Positions 1-10,346 are shown, counted from the stretch's first letter. The stretch is 64,000 nucleotides of DNA from an uncultured Duganella sp. (GCA_963511605.1 CAUPJZ010000029.1:10638-74637); one strand, 5' to 3'. Notes: generated from the sequence alone by a model not told the origin. Program-made: numbers and translations.

Positions 1-962
1 TCTTCAATTCGACCGATATCAACGCCTCGCCGGCGATCTGGAAGTTCGAGGACGAGGGGCTGGAGGAATCGGTGCCGCTCAACCTGGTCAGCATTCCCGG
101 CGGCCCGGTGATCTCGGCGATCGGCGACTATGACGGCTTCCGCCACACCGATCCGACCAAATACTCGCCGATCCATACGCCGACCATGGGCACGACCTGG
201 GGGCTGGATTTCGCGGCGAAGAACCCGAACGTGGTGGCCCGCGCCGGCAGCGCGATCTACATCTCCAACGACATGGGGGTGAGCTGGAAGAAGACCGCGT
301 CCATGAACGGCACCAAGGGCCAGTTGGCGCTGAGCGCCGACGGCAAGGTGCTTGTGCATAGCCCGGAGAAATCGGACACCAGCTACGTCAGCACCAACGG
401 CGGCGACAGCTGGAGCCCGGTCAAAGGGCTGGGCGGCGCCCGTCCGGTGGCCGATCCGGTCGACGCGAACAAGTTTTACGCCATCGGCGGCGACCATGTG
501 CTGGTGAGCACCGATGGCGGCGCGAGTTTCGCCCCGGCCGGCGCGCTGGCGTCGGCCAAGCGCACGCGCGCGGTGCTGCGGGCGGCGCCGGGCCGCGAGG
601 GCGATATCTGGGTGCCGCAGTATGACGGCGGCCTGGCCCGTTCCACCGATTCCGGCAAGAGCTTCGGCAACCTGCCGGGTGTCGGCTACGCGGCTGCGGT
701 GGGCTTCGGCAAGGCCGCGCCGGGCGCGAATTACCCGACTGTCTACATCTGGGGCACCGTCGGCGGCGTGCGCGGCGTGTTCCGCTCCACCGACACCGGA
801 GCCACATGGCTGCGCATTAATGACGATGATCATCAATACGGCGGCCCGGGCGATGCTCAATTCGTTATCGGTGACATCAACACTTTTGGCATCGTTTTCA
901 TGAGTACGGCGGGCCGGGGCATTGTATTTGGGAAACCTACCCCTATGACAGGAGAAAAATAG
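1..962 (+). CDS. GH74 xyloglucanase-like glycoside hydrolase, C-terminal part (5' truncated by window)
   Basis: Frame open from base 3 (FNSTDINASPAIWKFEDEGLEESVP...). BNR/Asp-box repeats (SxDxGxSW/F), GLEE motif, C-terminal 'GVFRSTDTGATWLRINDDDHQYGG...GRGIVFG' typical of GH74. Confidence 0.85.
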   Translation, partial: FNSTDINASPAIWKFEDEGLEESVPLNLVSIPGGPVISAIGDYDGFRHTDPTKYSPIHTPTMGTTWGLDFAAKNPNVVARAGSAIYISNDMGVSWKKTASMNGTKGQLALSADGKVLVHSPEKSDTSYVSTNGGDSWSPVKGLGGARPVADPVDANKFYAIGGDHVLVSTDGGASFAPAGALASAKRTRAVLRAAPGREGDIWVPQYDGGLARSTDSGKSFGNLPGVGYAAAVGFGKAAPGANYPTVYIWGTVGGVRGVFRSTDTGATWLRINDDDHQYGGPGDAQFVIGDINTFGIVFMSTAGRGIVFGKPTPMTGEK

Positions 963-1094
963 CCGGATAGATGGTGACATTTACGGACGGGAACGTCTTT
1001 TTCATCTAAATCGTGACGGAATCATGCCACAATACAAATCGCATCCCCGAGAGGGTGCGATGAGACGTGCCGTTCCCGATTGAGGTAGTTGAAG

Positions 1095-2324
1095 ATGCAG
1101 ATGAAGTCCCACCGTATTGCGCTGTTATTTAACGCAAACAAGATTTTTGACCGCGAAGTCATCGCCGGTATTGCCGCGCATTTGAGCAGTACCCGCGCGT
1201 CCTGGGATCTGTTCCTGGAGGAAGACTTCCGCTTGCGCCTGCCGGGCATCGAACATTGGCAGGGCGACGGCATCATCGCCGACTTCGACGATCCGGCCGT
1301 GGCCGCCGCGCTGTCGCGCACCCGCATCCCGGTGGTGGCCGTGGGCGGCTCCTACGCCAGCGAAGCCAACTATCCGACCGGCGTGCCCTACGTCGCGACT
1401 GATAACTTCAAACTGATTAAACTTGCCCACGATCATCTAATCGAGGCCGGGCTACGCCATTTCGCCATGTTCAGTCTGCCCGAGGCGCAGGAAAACCGCT
1501 GGGCGCAGGAGCGCGAGACGGCGTTCCGCAAGCTGATGGTCGAGGACAAGATGGAGCCGCAGATCTATCGCGGCCTGGGTACCAGCGCCGCCTCGTGGGA
1601 CGAGGCGGTCGAACAGCAGATCAAATGGCTGCATAGCCTGCCCAAACCGGTCGGCATCATCGCCGTCACCGACGCCCGCGCGCGCCAGCTGCTACAGGCC
1701 TGCATCATGGCCAATATCGAGGTGCCGGAGCAGGTGGCGCTGATCGGCATCGACAACGATCCGCTGGCGCGCATGCTCACCCGCATACCCCTCAGTTCCG
1801 TCATCCAGGGCGCCCAGGAGATGGGCCGCACCGCCGCCCACCTGCTGGACCAGATGCTGCACGGCGTGCGCTTGCAGGGCACGCGCGTGATGGTGCCGCC
1901 GGTCGGCATCAACGTCCAGACCTCCACCCGCCATGAGGCGCCCAAGCATCCGCACGTGATGCGCGCACGCCATTTCATCCGCCAGTACGCCTGCCAGGGC
2001 ATCAAGACGCACCAGGTGGCCGAATATGTCGGCATTTCGCGCTCGTCGCTGGAGTCGTACTTCCGCCAGGAGCTCGATTGCAGCGTGCACGATGTGATCC
2101 TGCGCTTCAAACTGGACGCGGCCACCGAGCGCCTGGCGCGCGGCGACAGCAGCATCGCCGAGGTGGCGCTGACGTGCGGCTTCACTTCCGTCCAGTACAT
2201 GCACGCGGTGTTCAAGCGGGAGCTGGGCTGCACGCCGCGCGCCTACCAGGACCGCATGCTCAAATGTCCCGAGGCGGCTGCCGCGCCGGAGGGCGCTCAA
2301 CCCGCCTTGCGCAGCGTCGCCTGA
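1095..2324 (+). CDS. xylR: D-xylose-responsive transcriptional activator XylR (periplasmic-binding-protein-like N-domain plus AraC HTH)
   Basis: 'HRIALLFNANKIFDREVIAGI...WDLFLEEDFR...WQGDGIIADFDDP' closely matches E. coli XylR; C-terminal AraC helix-turn-helix; next to xylose genes. Confidence 0.93.
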   Translation: MQMKSHRIALLFNANKIFDREVIAGIAAHLSSTRASWDLFLEEDFRLRLPGIEHWQGDGIIADFDDPAVAAALSRTRIPVVAVGGSYASEANYPTGVPYVATDNFKLIKLAHDHLIEAGLRHFAMFSLPEAQENRWAQERETAFRKLMVEDKMEPQIYRGLGTSAASWDEAVEQQIKWLHSLPKPVGIIAVTDARARQLLQACIMANIEVPEQVALIGIDNDPLARMLTRIPLSSVIQGAQEMGRTAAHLLDQMLHGVRLQGTRVMVPPVGINVQTSTRHEAPKHPHVMRARHFIRQYACQGIKTHQVAEYVGISRSSLESYFRQELDCSVHDVILRFKLDAATERLARGDSSIAEVALTCGFTSVQYMHAVFKRELGCTPRAYQDRMLKCPEAAAAPEGAQPALRSVA

Positions 2325-2402
2325 ACCCGCGCCCAGCGGCGGATCGCGGATCGCGGTTCGGGTTTAACGTATTTGACCAAGATACGCTTAAATCATGACC
2401 GT

Positions 2403-2425
2403 GCTTGGTGGTTTTCGTAATTGCC
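2403..2425. promoter_or_regulatory. Candidate XylR operator, copy 1
   Basis: GCTTGGTGGTTTTCGTAATTGCC matches 10434-10456 at 20/23 positions; lies upstream of the xylX-xylB/xylD/xylFGH operon. Confidence 0.55.
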
Positions 2426-2488
2426 CCCACCCCTGAATAAGGTGAAAATCTCCCACGCAGTTTGCTAGCCTGCCTGGAGAGAGAGACC

Positions 2489-4444
2489 TTGGAAAATAAT
2501 ATAAATTCGATGCTGCCGGACGATGTGAGCCGCGCAGTGCTGGTGGGACGTGTATGGCGTGATGGCGTCATCAATGGTCCTTGTGTGGTCGCCGTACGCA
2601 ACGGCGAGGTGTTCGACATCACCGGCCACGCCCCGACCATGTCCGATTTGCTGGAGCGCGGCGACGCGCTGGAAGTGGCCCGTTCCGCTCCCGGCGAATC
2701 GCTCGGCCCGGTGCAGGCCTTGCTGGCGAATGCCATCGGCGGCGGCGCCGACGGCGGCATACCGCGCCTGCTGGCGCCATGCGACCTGCAGGCGATCAAG
2801 GCCTGCGGCGTGACCTTCGCGGTCAGCCTGCTGGAACGCGTGATCGAAGAGCAGGCCGCCGGCGATCCGTCGCGCGCCAACGCCCTGCGCGCCGAAATCC
2901 AGACCATCATCGGTTCCGACCTGTCGGCCATCCGTCCGGGCTCGCCGGAAGCGGCCAAGCTGAAGGCGGACCTGATCGCGCGCGGCCTGTGGTCGCCATA
3001 CATGGAAGTCGGTATCGGCCCGGACGCAGAGGTGTTCTCCAAGTCGCAGCCGATGTCCGCTGTCGGCGTGGGCGCCGACGTCGGCCTGCACCCCGATTCG
3101 AAGTGGAACAACCCGGAGCCGGAGATCGTCCTGGCGGTCAACAGCCAGGCCAAGGTGCTCGGCGCCACGCTGGGCAACGACGTCAACCTGCGCGACATCG
3201 AAGGCCGCAGCGCGCTGCTGCTGGGTAAAGCCAAGGACAACAACGGTTCGTGCTCGATCGGCCCGTTCATCCGCCTGTTCGACGAACACTTCACCATCGA
3301 CACCATCCGCAACGCGGAAGTGAGCATGCTGATCGAAGGCCAGGACGACGACTTCCGTCTGGCCGGCGCCAGCCGCATGCGCGAAATCAGCCGCGATCCG
3401 CTGGACCTGGTCAGCCAGGTGTGCGGCCGCCATCACCAGTACCCGGACGGCTTCATGCTGTTCCTCGGTACGATGTTCTCGCCGATCAAAGACCGCGACG
3501 CCGTCGGCGGCGGTTTCACCCACCATCTGGGCGACCGTGTCAGCATCTCGACGCCTTCGCTGGGCGCCCTGGTCAACCATGTGCAGCGCAGCGACCAGAT
3601 CGCACCGTGGACCTACGGCGTGCGCGCGCTGATGAACCGTGCCCGCGCTTCGGCTCCAGCGACCGCAAAACCGGCCGCGCAAACCAGGCCGGAACAGGCG
3701 ATCTATCCCAGCCTGGCCGGCAAGCGCGTGGTCGTCACCGGTGGCGGCAGCGGCATCGGCGCCGGCATCGTCGAGGCCTACGCGCGCCAGGGCGCCCGCG
3801 TGACCTTCCTCGACATCGCCGAAGCCGATTCGCGCGCGCTGGAGGCGACCTTGTCGACCCTGCCGGTGCCGCCGAAGTACCTGCACTGCGACCTGACCAA
3901 CCTCGACGTGCTGGCCAAGACGTTCGCCGACATCGGCACCGTCGATATCCTGATCAACAATGCCGCCAACGACGACCGCCACAACCTGGCCGACGTCACG
4001 CCGGCATACTGGGAAGGCCGCATGGCGGTCAACCTGCGCCATCAATATTTCTGCGCCAAGGCCGTGGCGCAGGGCATGCGCGAGCAGGGCGGCGGCGTGA
4101 TCCTGAACTTCGGTTCGATCTCGTGGCACCTGGCGCTGCCGGACCTGACCCTGTACATGATGGCCAAAGCCGCCATCGAGGGCATGACCCGTGGCCTTGC
4201 GCGCGATCTTGGACCTGATAATATCCGTGTCAATTGCATTATTCCTGGCGGCGTCCGTACGCCGCGCCAGGAAGCGCTGTGGCACACGCCGGACGAGGAA
4301 GCCCGCATCCTGGCCGGCCAGTGCCTGAAAAAGCGCGTGCAGGTGGACGACGTGGCGGCCATAACGCTGTTCCTTTCCTCGGACAGCGCCTCGGCGTGCT
4401 CCGGTCGTGAATACTTCGTCGATGCCGGCTGGTACGGCGCATAA
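2489..4444 (+). CDS. Fusion of FAA-hydrolase-family 2-keto-3-deoxy-D-xylonate dehydratase (XylX-like) and SDR D-xylose 1-dehydrogenase (Caulobacter XylB-like)
   Basis: N-domain 'AIKACGVTFAVSLLERVIEE...WNNPEPEIVL...GATLGNDVNLRDIEGRSALLLGKAKDNN'. C-domain 'AIYPSLAGKRVVVTGGGSGIG...NNAAND...YxxxK (YMMAK)'. No stop between them; A/P-rich linker. Start is TTG 2489 (after GGAGA) or ATG 2510. Confidence 0.85.
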   Translation: MENNINSMLPDDVSRAVLVGRVWRDGVINGPCVVAVRNGEVFDITGHAPTMSDLLERGDALEVARSAPGESLGPVQALLANAIGGGADGGIPRLLAPCDLQAIKACGVTFAVSLLERVIEEQAAGDPSRANALRAEIQTIIGSDLSAIRPGSPEAAKLKADLIARGLWSPYMEVGIGPDAEVFSKSQPMSAVGVGADVGLHPDSKWNNPEPEIVLAVNSQAKVLGATLGNDVNLRDIEGRSALLLGKAKDNNGSCSIGPFIRLFDEHFTIDTIRNAEVSMLIEGQDDDFRLAGASRMREISRDPLDLVSQVCGRHHQYPDGFMLFLGTMFSPIKDRDAVGGGFTHHLGDRVSISTPSLGALVNHVQRSDQIAPWTYGVRALMNRARASAPATAKPAAQTRPEQAIYPSLAGKRVVVTGGGSGIGAGIVEAYARQGARVTFLDIAEADSRALEATLSTLPVPPKYLHCDLTNLDVLAKTFADIGTVDILINNAANDDRHNLADVTPAYWEGRMAVNLRHQYFCAKAVAQGMREQGGGVILNFGSISWHLALPDLTLYMMAKAAIEGMTRGLARDLGPDNIRVNCIIPGGVRTPRQEALWHTPDEEARILAGQCLKKRVQVDDVAAITLFLSSDSASACSGREYFVDAGWYGA

Positions 4445-4468
4445 GAAGCACAGGGACGCTTAAAGAGA

Positions 4469-6259
4469 ATGAGCAATGACATGAACAACCAGCAGCCACG
4501 CCGCTACCGCTCGCAAGACTGGTTCGACAATCCAGACCATATCGACATGACCGCGCTCTATCTCGAGCGCTTCATGAACTACGGGATCACGCCGGAAGAG
4601 CTGCGCTCGGGCCGGCCGATCATCGGCATCGCGCAAAGCGGCAGCGACATCAGCCCGTGCAACCGCATACACCTGGAGCTGGCCAAGCGCGTGCGCGATG
4701 GCATTCGTGATGCGGGCGGTATCGCGATGGAATTCCCGCTGCATCCGATCTTCGAGAACTGCCGTCGTCCGACTGCGGCGATCGACCGCAACCTGGCCTA
4801 TATGGGCCTGGTCGAGATCCTGCACGGCTATCCGATCGACGCCGTGGTGCTGACCACCGGCTGCGACAAGACCACGCCGTCGCAGATCATGGCCGCATCG
4901 ACGGTGGATATCCCCGCCATCGTGCTGTCCGGCGGTCCGATGCTGGATGGCTGGTTCGAGGGTGAGCTGGCCGGTTCCGGCGCGGCGATCTGGAAGGGCC
5001 GCCGCCAGCTGGCCGCCGGCACCATCGACAACGAGAAGTTCCTGCAGATCGCCGCCGCTTCGGCGCCGTCGGCGGGACACTGCAACACCATGGGCACCGC
5101 GTCGACGATGAACGCCATCGCCGAAGCGCTGGGCATGTCGCTGACCGGCTGCTCGGCGATTCCCGCGCCATACCGCGAGCGTGGCCAGATGGCCTATGAA
5201 ACCGGCCGCCGCATCGTCGAGATGGCAAAGCTGGACATCAAGCCTTCTTCGATCCTGAACCGCGACGCCTTCCTGGACGCGATCGTGGTCAACGCCGCCA
5301 TCGGCGGCTCGACCAACGCGCAGCAGCACATCGTCGCGATGGCGCGCCACGCCGGCGTCGAGCTGCATTCGAGCGACTGGATGGAATACGGCCACAAGGT
5401 GCCGCTGCTGCTGAACATGCAGCCGGCCGGTAAATTCCTGGGCGAGCGTTTCCACCGCGCGGGCGGCGTGCCGGCCGTGATGTGGGAGCTGGAACAGCAG
5501 GGCATGTTGCGCTCGGAGCGCGCCACCGTCACCGGCCGCACCATGCGCGACAACCTGGCCGGCAAAGAGACGCAGGACCGCGAAGTGATCTTCCCGTTCA
5601 ACGCGCCGCTGAAAGAAGATGCGGGCTTCTTCGTCTTGAAAGGCAACCTGTTCGACTTCGCGATCATGAAGACCAGCGTGATTTCGCCGGCCTTCCGCGA
5701 GCGTTATCTGAGCAAGCTCGGACAGGAAAACGTGTTCGAGTCGCGCGCCGTGGTGTTCGACGGTTCGACCGACTATCACAACCGTATCAACGATCCGGCG
5801 CTGAACATCGACGAGGACTGCATCCTCGTGATTCGCGGCGCCGGCCCGGTGGGCTGGCCTGGTTCGGCCGAGGTGGTGAACATGCAGCCGCCCGATGCGC
5901 TGGTCAAGCGCGGTGTCAACTGGCTGCCGACCCTGGGCGACGGACGCCAGTCCGGCACCTCGGACAGCCCGTCGATCCTGAACGCGTCGCCGGAAAGCGC
6001 CGTCGGCGGCGGTCTGGCGTGGCTGCGCACCGGTGATATGATCCGCGTCGATCTGAACGCCGGCACTTGCGACGCGCTGGTGCCGCAGGCCGAGTGGGAA
6101 GAACGCAAGAAGGGCGCGCTGCCGGCCATTCCGGCCAGCCAGACGCCTTGGCAGGAGATTTACCGCAGCACCGTAGGCCAGATGGAAAGCGGCGCTTGCA
6201 TGGAACTGGCTGTACCATACCGGGGCGTGGCGGATAATCCGGCCCGGCATAATCATTAA
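4469..6259 (+). CDS. xylD: IlvD/Edd-family dehydratase, D-xylonate dehydratase (XylD)
   Basis: 'SDISPCNRIH', 'TGCDKTTP', 'GHCNTMGTASTMN', 'GDGRQSGTS' motifs; xylose operon context. Confidence 0.88.
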   Translation: MSNDMNNQQPRRYRSQDWFDNPDHIDMTALYLERFMNYGITPEELRSGRPIIGIAQSGSDISPCNRIHLELAKRVRDGIRDAGGIAMEFPLHPIFENCRRPTAAIDRNLAYMGLVEILHGYPIDAVVLTTGCDKTTPSQIMAASTVDIPAIVLSGGPMLDGWFEGELAGSGAAIWKGRRQLAAGTIDNEKFLQIAAASAPSAGHCNTMGTASTMNAIAEALGMSLTGCSAIPAPYRERGQMAYETGRRIVEMAKLDIKPSSILNRDAFLDAIVVNAAIGGSTNAQQHIVAMARHAGVELHSSDWMEYGHKVPLLLNMQPAGKFLGERFHRAGGVPAVMWELEQQGMLRSERATVTGRTMRDNLAGKETQDREVIFPFNAPLKEDAGFFVLKGNLFDFAIMKTSVISPAFRERYLSKLGQENVFESRAVVFDGSTDYHNRINDPALNIDEDCILVIRGAGPVGWPGSAEVVNMQPPDALVKRGVNWLPTLGDGRQSGTSDSPSILNASPESAVGGGLAWLRTGDMIRVDLNAGTCDALVPQAEWEERKKGALPAIPASQTPWQEIYRSTVGQMESGACMELAVPYRGVADNPARHNH

Positions 6260-6275
6260 AATAATTACAGAATAA

Positions 6276-6359
6276 CGTAGGGCGGATTAGCGCAGCGTAA
6301 TCGGCCAAGCGCCGTCAGCGGCTCATGGCCGATTACGGCTACGCCTAATCCGCCCTACG
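6276..6359. repeat. REPIN (inverted pair of GTAG-type REP elements)
   Basis: GTAGGGCGGATTA-GC-GCA-GC-GTAATCGGCC ... GGCCGATTAC-GGC-TAC-GCC-TAATCCGCCCTAC. Confidence 0.9.
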
Positions 6360-6441
6360 AAAATCGCGAAATCGTTAAAGTTAGTGGCATTAGTAGGGCC
6401 TGTGTCAGGCAAAACGGCATTCGAATCAGGAGACGAAACAA

Positions 6442-7449
6442 ATGAAGAAATTACTGAGTGCGGCCGCCATCGCGGTCATGATGGTGTGCGCCGGCGGTAA
6501 CGCCATGGCGGACGCCAAGAATCCTAAAATCGGCTTTTCCATCGACGACCTGCGCCTCGAGCGCTGGGCGCGCGATCGCGACTACTTCGTCGCCGCCGCT
6601 GAAAAGCAGGGCGCCAAAGTCTTCGTGCAGTCGGCCGACGCCAGCGAGCAGCGCCAGATCGCCCAGATCGAGAACCTGATTTCGCGCGGCGTCGACGTGC
6701 TGGTCATCGTTCCCTACAACGCCACGGTGCTGAACAACGCCGTCAAAGAGGCGAAGAAGGCCAAGATCAAGGTCGTCTCGTACGACCGCCTGATCCTCAA
6801 CGCCGACATCGATGCCTACATCTCCTTCGACAACAAGGCCGTGGGCGAAATGCAGGCGCAGGGCGTGGTGGCCGTCAAACCTAAGGGTAACTACTACCTG
6901 CTGGGCGGCGCGCCGACCGACAACAACGCCAAGATGCTGCGCGAAGGCCAGCTGAAGGTGCTGCAGCCGCTGATCGACAAGGGCGACATCAAAGTCGTCG
7001 GCAAGCAGTGGGTCAAGGACTGGAATCCAGCCGAGGCGATGTCCATCGTCGAAAACGCGCTGACCGCCAACGGCAACAAGCTCGATGCGGTGGTCGCCTC
7101 CAACGACGCCACCGCCGGCGGCGCGATCCAGGCGCTGGCTTCGCAAAAGCTGGACGGCAAAGTGGCCGTCTCCGGCCAGGACGCCGATCTGGCCGGCGTG
7201 CGCCGCGTCATCGCCGGCACCCAGACCATGACGGTCTACAAGCCGCTTAAGCTGATCGCCACCGAGGCGGCCAAGCTGTCGGTCCAGCTGGTGCGCGGCG
7301 AAAAGCCGGCCTTCAATTCGCAGTACCAGAACGGCTTCAAGCAAGTCGATACGCTGCTGCTGAAGCCGACCATGCTGACCAAGGCGAATATGGATGTCGT
7401 CGTGGCCGACGGCTTCTATACCAAGGCCCAACTCGCGGCAGCGAAGTAA
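6442..7449 (+). CDS. xylF: D-xylose ABC transporter periplasmic binding protein
   Basis: Signal peptide; 'KIGFSIDDLRLERWARDRDYF', 'VASNDATAGGAIQAL', 'SGQDADLAG'; RBS AGGAGA. Confidence 0.95.
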   Translation: MKKLLSAAAIAVMMVCAGGNAMADAKNPKIGFSIDDLRLERWARDRDYFVAAAEKQGAKVFVQSADASEQRQIAQIENLISRGVDVLVIVPYNATVLNNAVKEAKKAKIKVVSYDRLILNADIDAYISFDNKAVGEMQAQGVVAVKPKGNYYLLGGAPTDNNAKMLREGQLKVLQPLIDKGDIKVVGKQWVKDWNPAEAMSIVENALTANGNKLDAVVASNDATAGGAIQALASQKLDGKVAVSGQDADLAGVRRVIAGTQTMTVYKPLKLIATEAAKLSVQLVRGEKPAFNSQYQNGFKQVDTLLLKPTMLTKANMDVVVADGFYTKAQLAAAK

Positions 7450-7581
7450 TCGCCGCTTCATGAAGACCGGGGCGTCGTCCACGCCCCGCCGTGCGTTCGC
7501 ACTGTCTTTCGCCACGCCCCGTTCCGCTGATTGTGCAGCGGCGTGCGCGTGGCGAGTTCCACCACCTCTGCGAGAACCAGT

Positions 7582-9108
7582 ATGTCCGGCTATTTGCTAG
7601 AAATGAAGGGCATCGTCAAAAAATTTGGCGGTGTTCCGGCGCTCGACGGCATCGACCTGCAAGTGCGGGCCGGTGAGTGCATCGGCTTGTGCGGCGAGAA
7701 TGGCGCCGGCAAGTCGACCCTGATGAAAGTGCTGTCCGCCGTCTACCCGCACGGCACCTGGGACGGCGAGATTCTCTTCGACGGCAAGCCGCTGCGCGCG
7801 CAGTCGATCCGCGAAAGCGAGGCCGCCGGCGTCGTCATCATCCACCAGGAACTGATGCTGGTGCCGGAGCTGTCCGTGACCGAGAATCTGTTCCTCGGCA
7901 ATGAGATCACCTTGCCGGGCGGCCGCATGGATTATTCGGCCATGAACCAGCGCGCCGAGGCGCTGCTGAAAGAATTGAACCTGACCGACGTCAACGTGGT
8001 GCTGCCGGTGTCGAACTACGGCGGCGGCCACCAGCAGTTGATCGAGATCGCCAAGGCGCTGAACAAGAACGCGCGCCTGCTGATCCTGGACGAGCCGTCG
8101 TCGTCGCTGACGACCTCCGAGATCCAGGTGCTGCTCGATATCATCCGCGGCCTGAAGGCCAAGGGCGTGGCCTGTGTCTACATCTCGCACAAGCTCGACG
8201 AGGTCGAGGCGATCTGCGACACCATCGTCGTCATCCGCGACGGCCAGCACATCGCCACCACGCCAATGGACAAGATGGACGTCAAGCAGATCATCGCGCA
8301 GATGGTCGGCCGCGAAATGAACCAGCTGTATCCGACGCTGGAGCGCGCGCCGAGCGAGGAAATCGTGTTCGAGGCGCGCAACGTGATTTGCTACGACGTC
8401 GAGAAGCCGGAACGCAGGAAGGTCGACAACGTCTCCTTCGCGCTGCGCAAGGGCGAGATCCTCGGCATCGCAGGCCTGGTCGGCGCCGGCCGCACGGAGC
8501 TGGTGTCGGCGCTGTTCGGCGCCTATCCGGGCCGTTCGGAGGCCGAGGTATGGCTCAACGGCGCCAGGATCGATACCGGCACGCCGCTCAAGGCGATCCG
8601 CGCCGGCCTGGCGCTGGTGCCGGAGGACCGCAAGCAGCACGGCATCGTGCGCGACCTGGACGTCGGCCAGAACATCACCTTGTCGGTGCTGGGGCGCTTC
8701 TCGAAGTTCACCCGCATCGACCGCGAGGCGGAACTGAAGGTGGTCAGCGAGGAGATCGCGCGGCTGGCGCTGAAGACGGCCAGCCCGTTCCTGTCGATCA
8801 CGTCGCTCTCGGGCGGCAACCAGCAGAAGGCGGTGCTGTCGAAGATGCTGCTGACGCGCCCCAAGGTGCTGATCCTCGACGAGCCGACACGCGGCGTCGA
8901 CGTCGGCGCCAAGTTCGAGATCTACAAGTTGATGCTGGAACTGGCCAGCCAGGGCGTCTCCATCATCATGGTGTCCTCCGAACTGGCCGAAGTACTGGGC
9001 GTGTCCGACCGCGTGCTGGTCATGGGCGAGGGCAAGCTGCGCGGCGATTTCATCAACCAGAACCTGACCCAGGAAACGCTGCTGTCGGCGGCACTCGATC
9101 ATTCGTGA
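7582..9108 (+). CDS. xylG: D-xylose ABC transporter ATP-binding protein
   Basis: Walker A GENGAGKS, two NBD halves, [20 protein letters not shown]. Confidence 0.95.
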   Translation: MSGYLLEMKGIVKKFGGVPALDGIDLQVRAGECIGLCGENGAGKSTLMKVLSAVYPHGTWDGEILFDGKPLRAQSIRESEAAGVVIIHQELMLVPELSVTENLFLGNEITLPGGRMDYSAMNQRAEALLKELNLTDVNVVLPVSNYGGGHQQLIEIAKALNKNARLLILDEPSSSLTTSEIQVLLDIIRGLKAKGVACVYISHKLDEVEAICDTIVVIRDGQHIATTPMDKMDVKQIIAQMVGREMNQLYPTLERAPSEEIVFEARNVICYDVEKPERRKVDNVSFALRKGEILGIAGLVGAGRTELVSALFGAYPGRSEAEVWLNGARIDTGTPLKAIRAGLALVPEDRKQHGIVRDLDVGQNITLSVLGRFSKFTRIDREAELKVVSEEIARLALKTASPFLSITSLSGGNQQKAVLSKMLLTRPKVLILDEPTRGVDVGAKFEIYKLMLELASQGVSIIMVSSELAEVLGVSDRVLVMGEGKLRGDFINQNLTQETLLSAALDHS

Positions 9109-9127
9109 TGACTTATCTTTGAAATCC

Positions 9128-10270
9128 ATGAAAACCTTAAATCTCAAACAGCTCTTCACGCAGTACAAGATCCTGGCGCTGCTGATCGCCATCGCCATCA
9201 TCTGGGCCTTCTTCAGCTGGAAGACGGAGGGCGGCTTCATCTCGCCGCGCAACCTGTCCAACCTGATGCGCCAGATGGCCGTCACCGGCATCGTCGCCTG
9301 CGGCATGGCCTTCGTCATCATCGCCGGCGAGATCGACCTGTCGGTCGGCTCGCTGCTCGGCCTTCTGGGCGGGGTGGCGGCGGTGCTCGACGTCACCCAC
9401 CACATGCCGCTGCCGGCCACCATCGCGGTGGTGCTGGCCTGCGGCCTGGTGCTTGGCCTGTTCAACGGCTATCTGACGGCCTACAAGCACATACCGTCCT
9501 TCATCGTGGGCCTGGGCGGCATGCTGGCCTACCGCGGCATCGTGCTGGGCGTGACCGACGGCGTGACGGTGGCGCCGGTGTCCGAACCGCTGGTCAACCT
9601 GGGCCAGGGCTACCTGTCGCCGCAAATGGGCGTGGTGCTGGGCGTGGGCCTGTTCATCCTGGGCGCCGTGCTGACCTGGCGCCAGCGCGCCAGCCTGGCG
9701 CGCCACGGCCTGCCGGTGCCGCCGATGTGGCGTGACGGTTTGCGCCTTGCAGCAATTGGTGCGGTGCTTTTCGCTTTCGTGCGCACCCTGAACAGCTACG
9801 AGGGCATCCCGCTGCCGGTCTTGCTGCTGCTGGTTTTGCTCGGTGTGTTCAGCTATGTTGCGACGCAAACCGTGTTCGGTCGCCGCATCTACGCGGTGGG
9901 CAGCAACATGGAGGCGACGCGCCTGTCGGGCGTCAATGTGCAGGCCGTGAAGCTGTGGATCTTCGGGATCATGGGCCTGATGTGCGCACTGGCTGGCCTG
10001 ATCAACACGGCCCGTCTGGCGGCAGGTTCGCCGTCGGCCGGCACCTCGGGCGAACTCGATGCGATCGCGGCCTGCTTCATCGGCGGCACCTCGATGCGCG
10101 GCGGCTCGGGCACCGTGTACGGCGCCTTGATCGGCGCGCTGGTGATGGCCAGCCTGGATAACGGCATGTCGATGCTGGACGTCGACACCTACTGGCAGAT
10201 GATCGTCAAGGGCTGCATCCTGACGTTGGCGGTGTGGGTCGATGTGGCGACGCGCTCGGGCCGCCGTTGA
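9128..10270 (+). CDS. xylH: D-xylose ABC transporter permease
   Basis: Multiple TM helices; 'GEIDLSVGS', 'FGRRIYAVGSN', 'ELDAIAACFIGGTS'. Confidence 0.95.
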   Translation: MKTLNLKQLFTQYKILALLIAIAIIWAFFSWKTEGGFISPRNLSNLMRQMAVTGIVACGMAFVIIAGEIDLSVGSLLGLLGGVAAVLDVTHHMPLPATIAVVLACGLVLGLFNGYLTAYKHIPSFIVGLGGMLAYRGIVLGVTDGVTVAPVSEPLVNLGQGYLSPQMGVVLGVGLFILGAVLTWRQRASLARHGLPVPPMWRDGLRLAAIGAVLFAFVRTLNSYEGIPLPVLLLLVLLGVFSYVATQTVFGRRIYAVGSNMEATRLSGVNVQAVKLWIFGIMGLMCALAGLINTARLAAGSPSAGTSGELDAIAACFIGGTSMRGGSGTVYGALIGALVMASLDNGMSMLDVDTYWQMIVKGCILTLAVWVDVATRSGRR

Positions 10271-10308
10271 ATTTGAATAGCCAAGCTGAATAGCTGAGTC
10301 CGGTTTCA

Positions 10309-10346
10309 GCGACACGCGGCCCGCAACGACGGGCCGCGTTGTCGTT
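10309..10346 (+). terminator. GC-rich stem-loop after xylH (probable terminator)
   Basis: ACGCGGCCCG-caacga-CGGGCCGCGT inverted repeat, followed by tgtcgttt. Confidence 0.6.
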
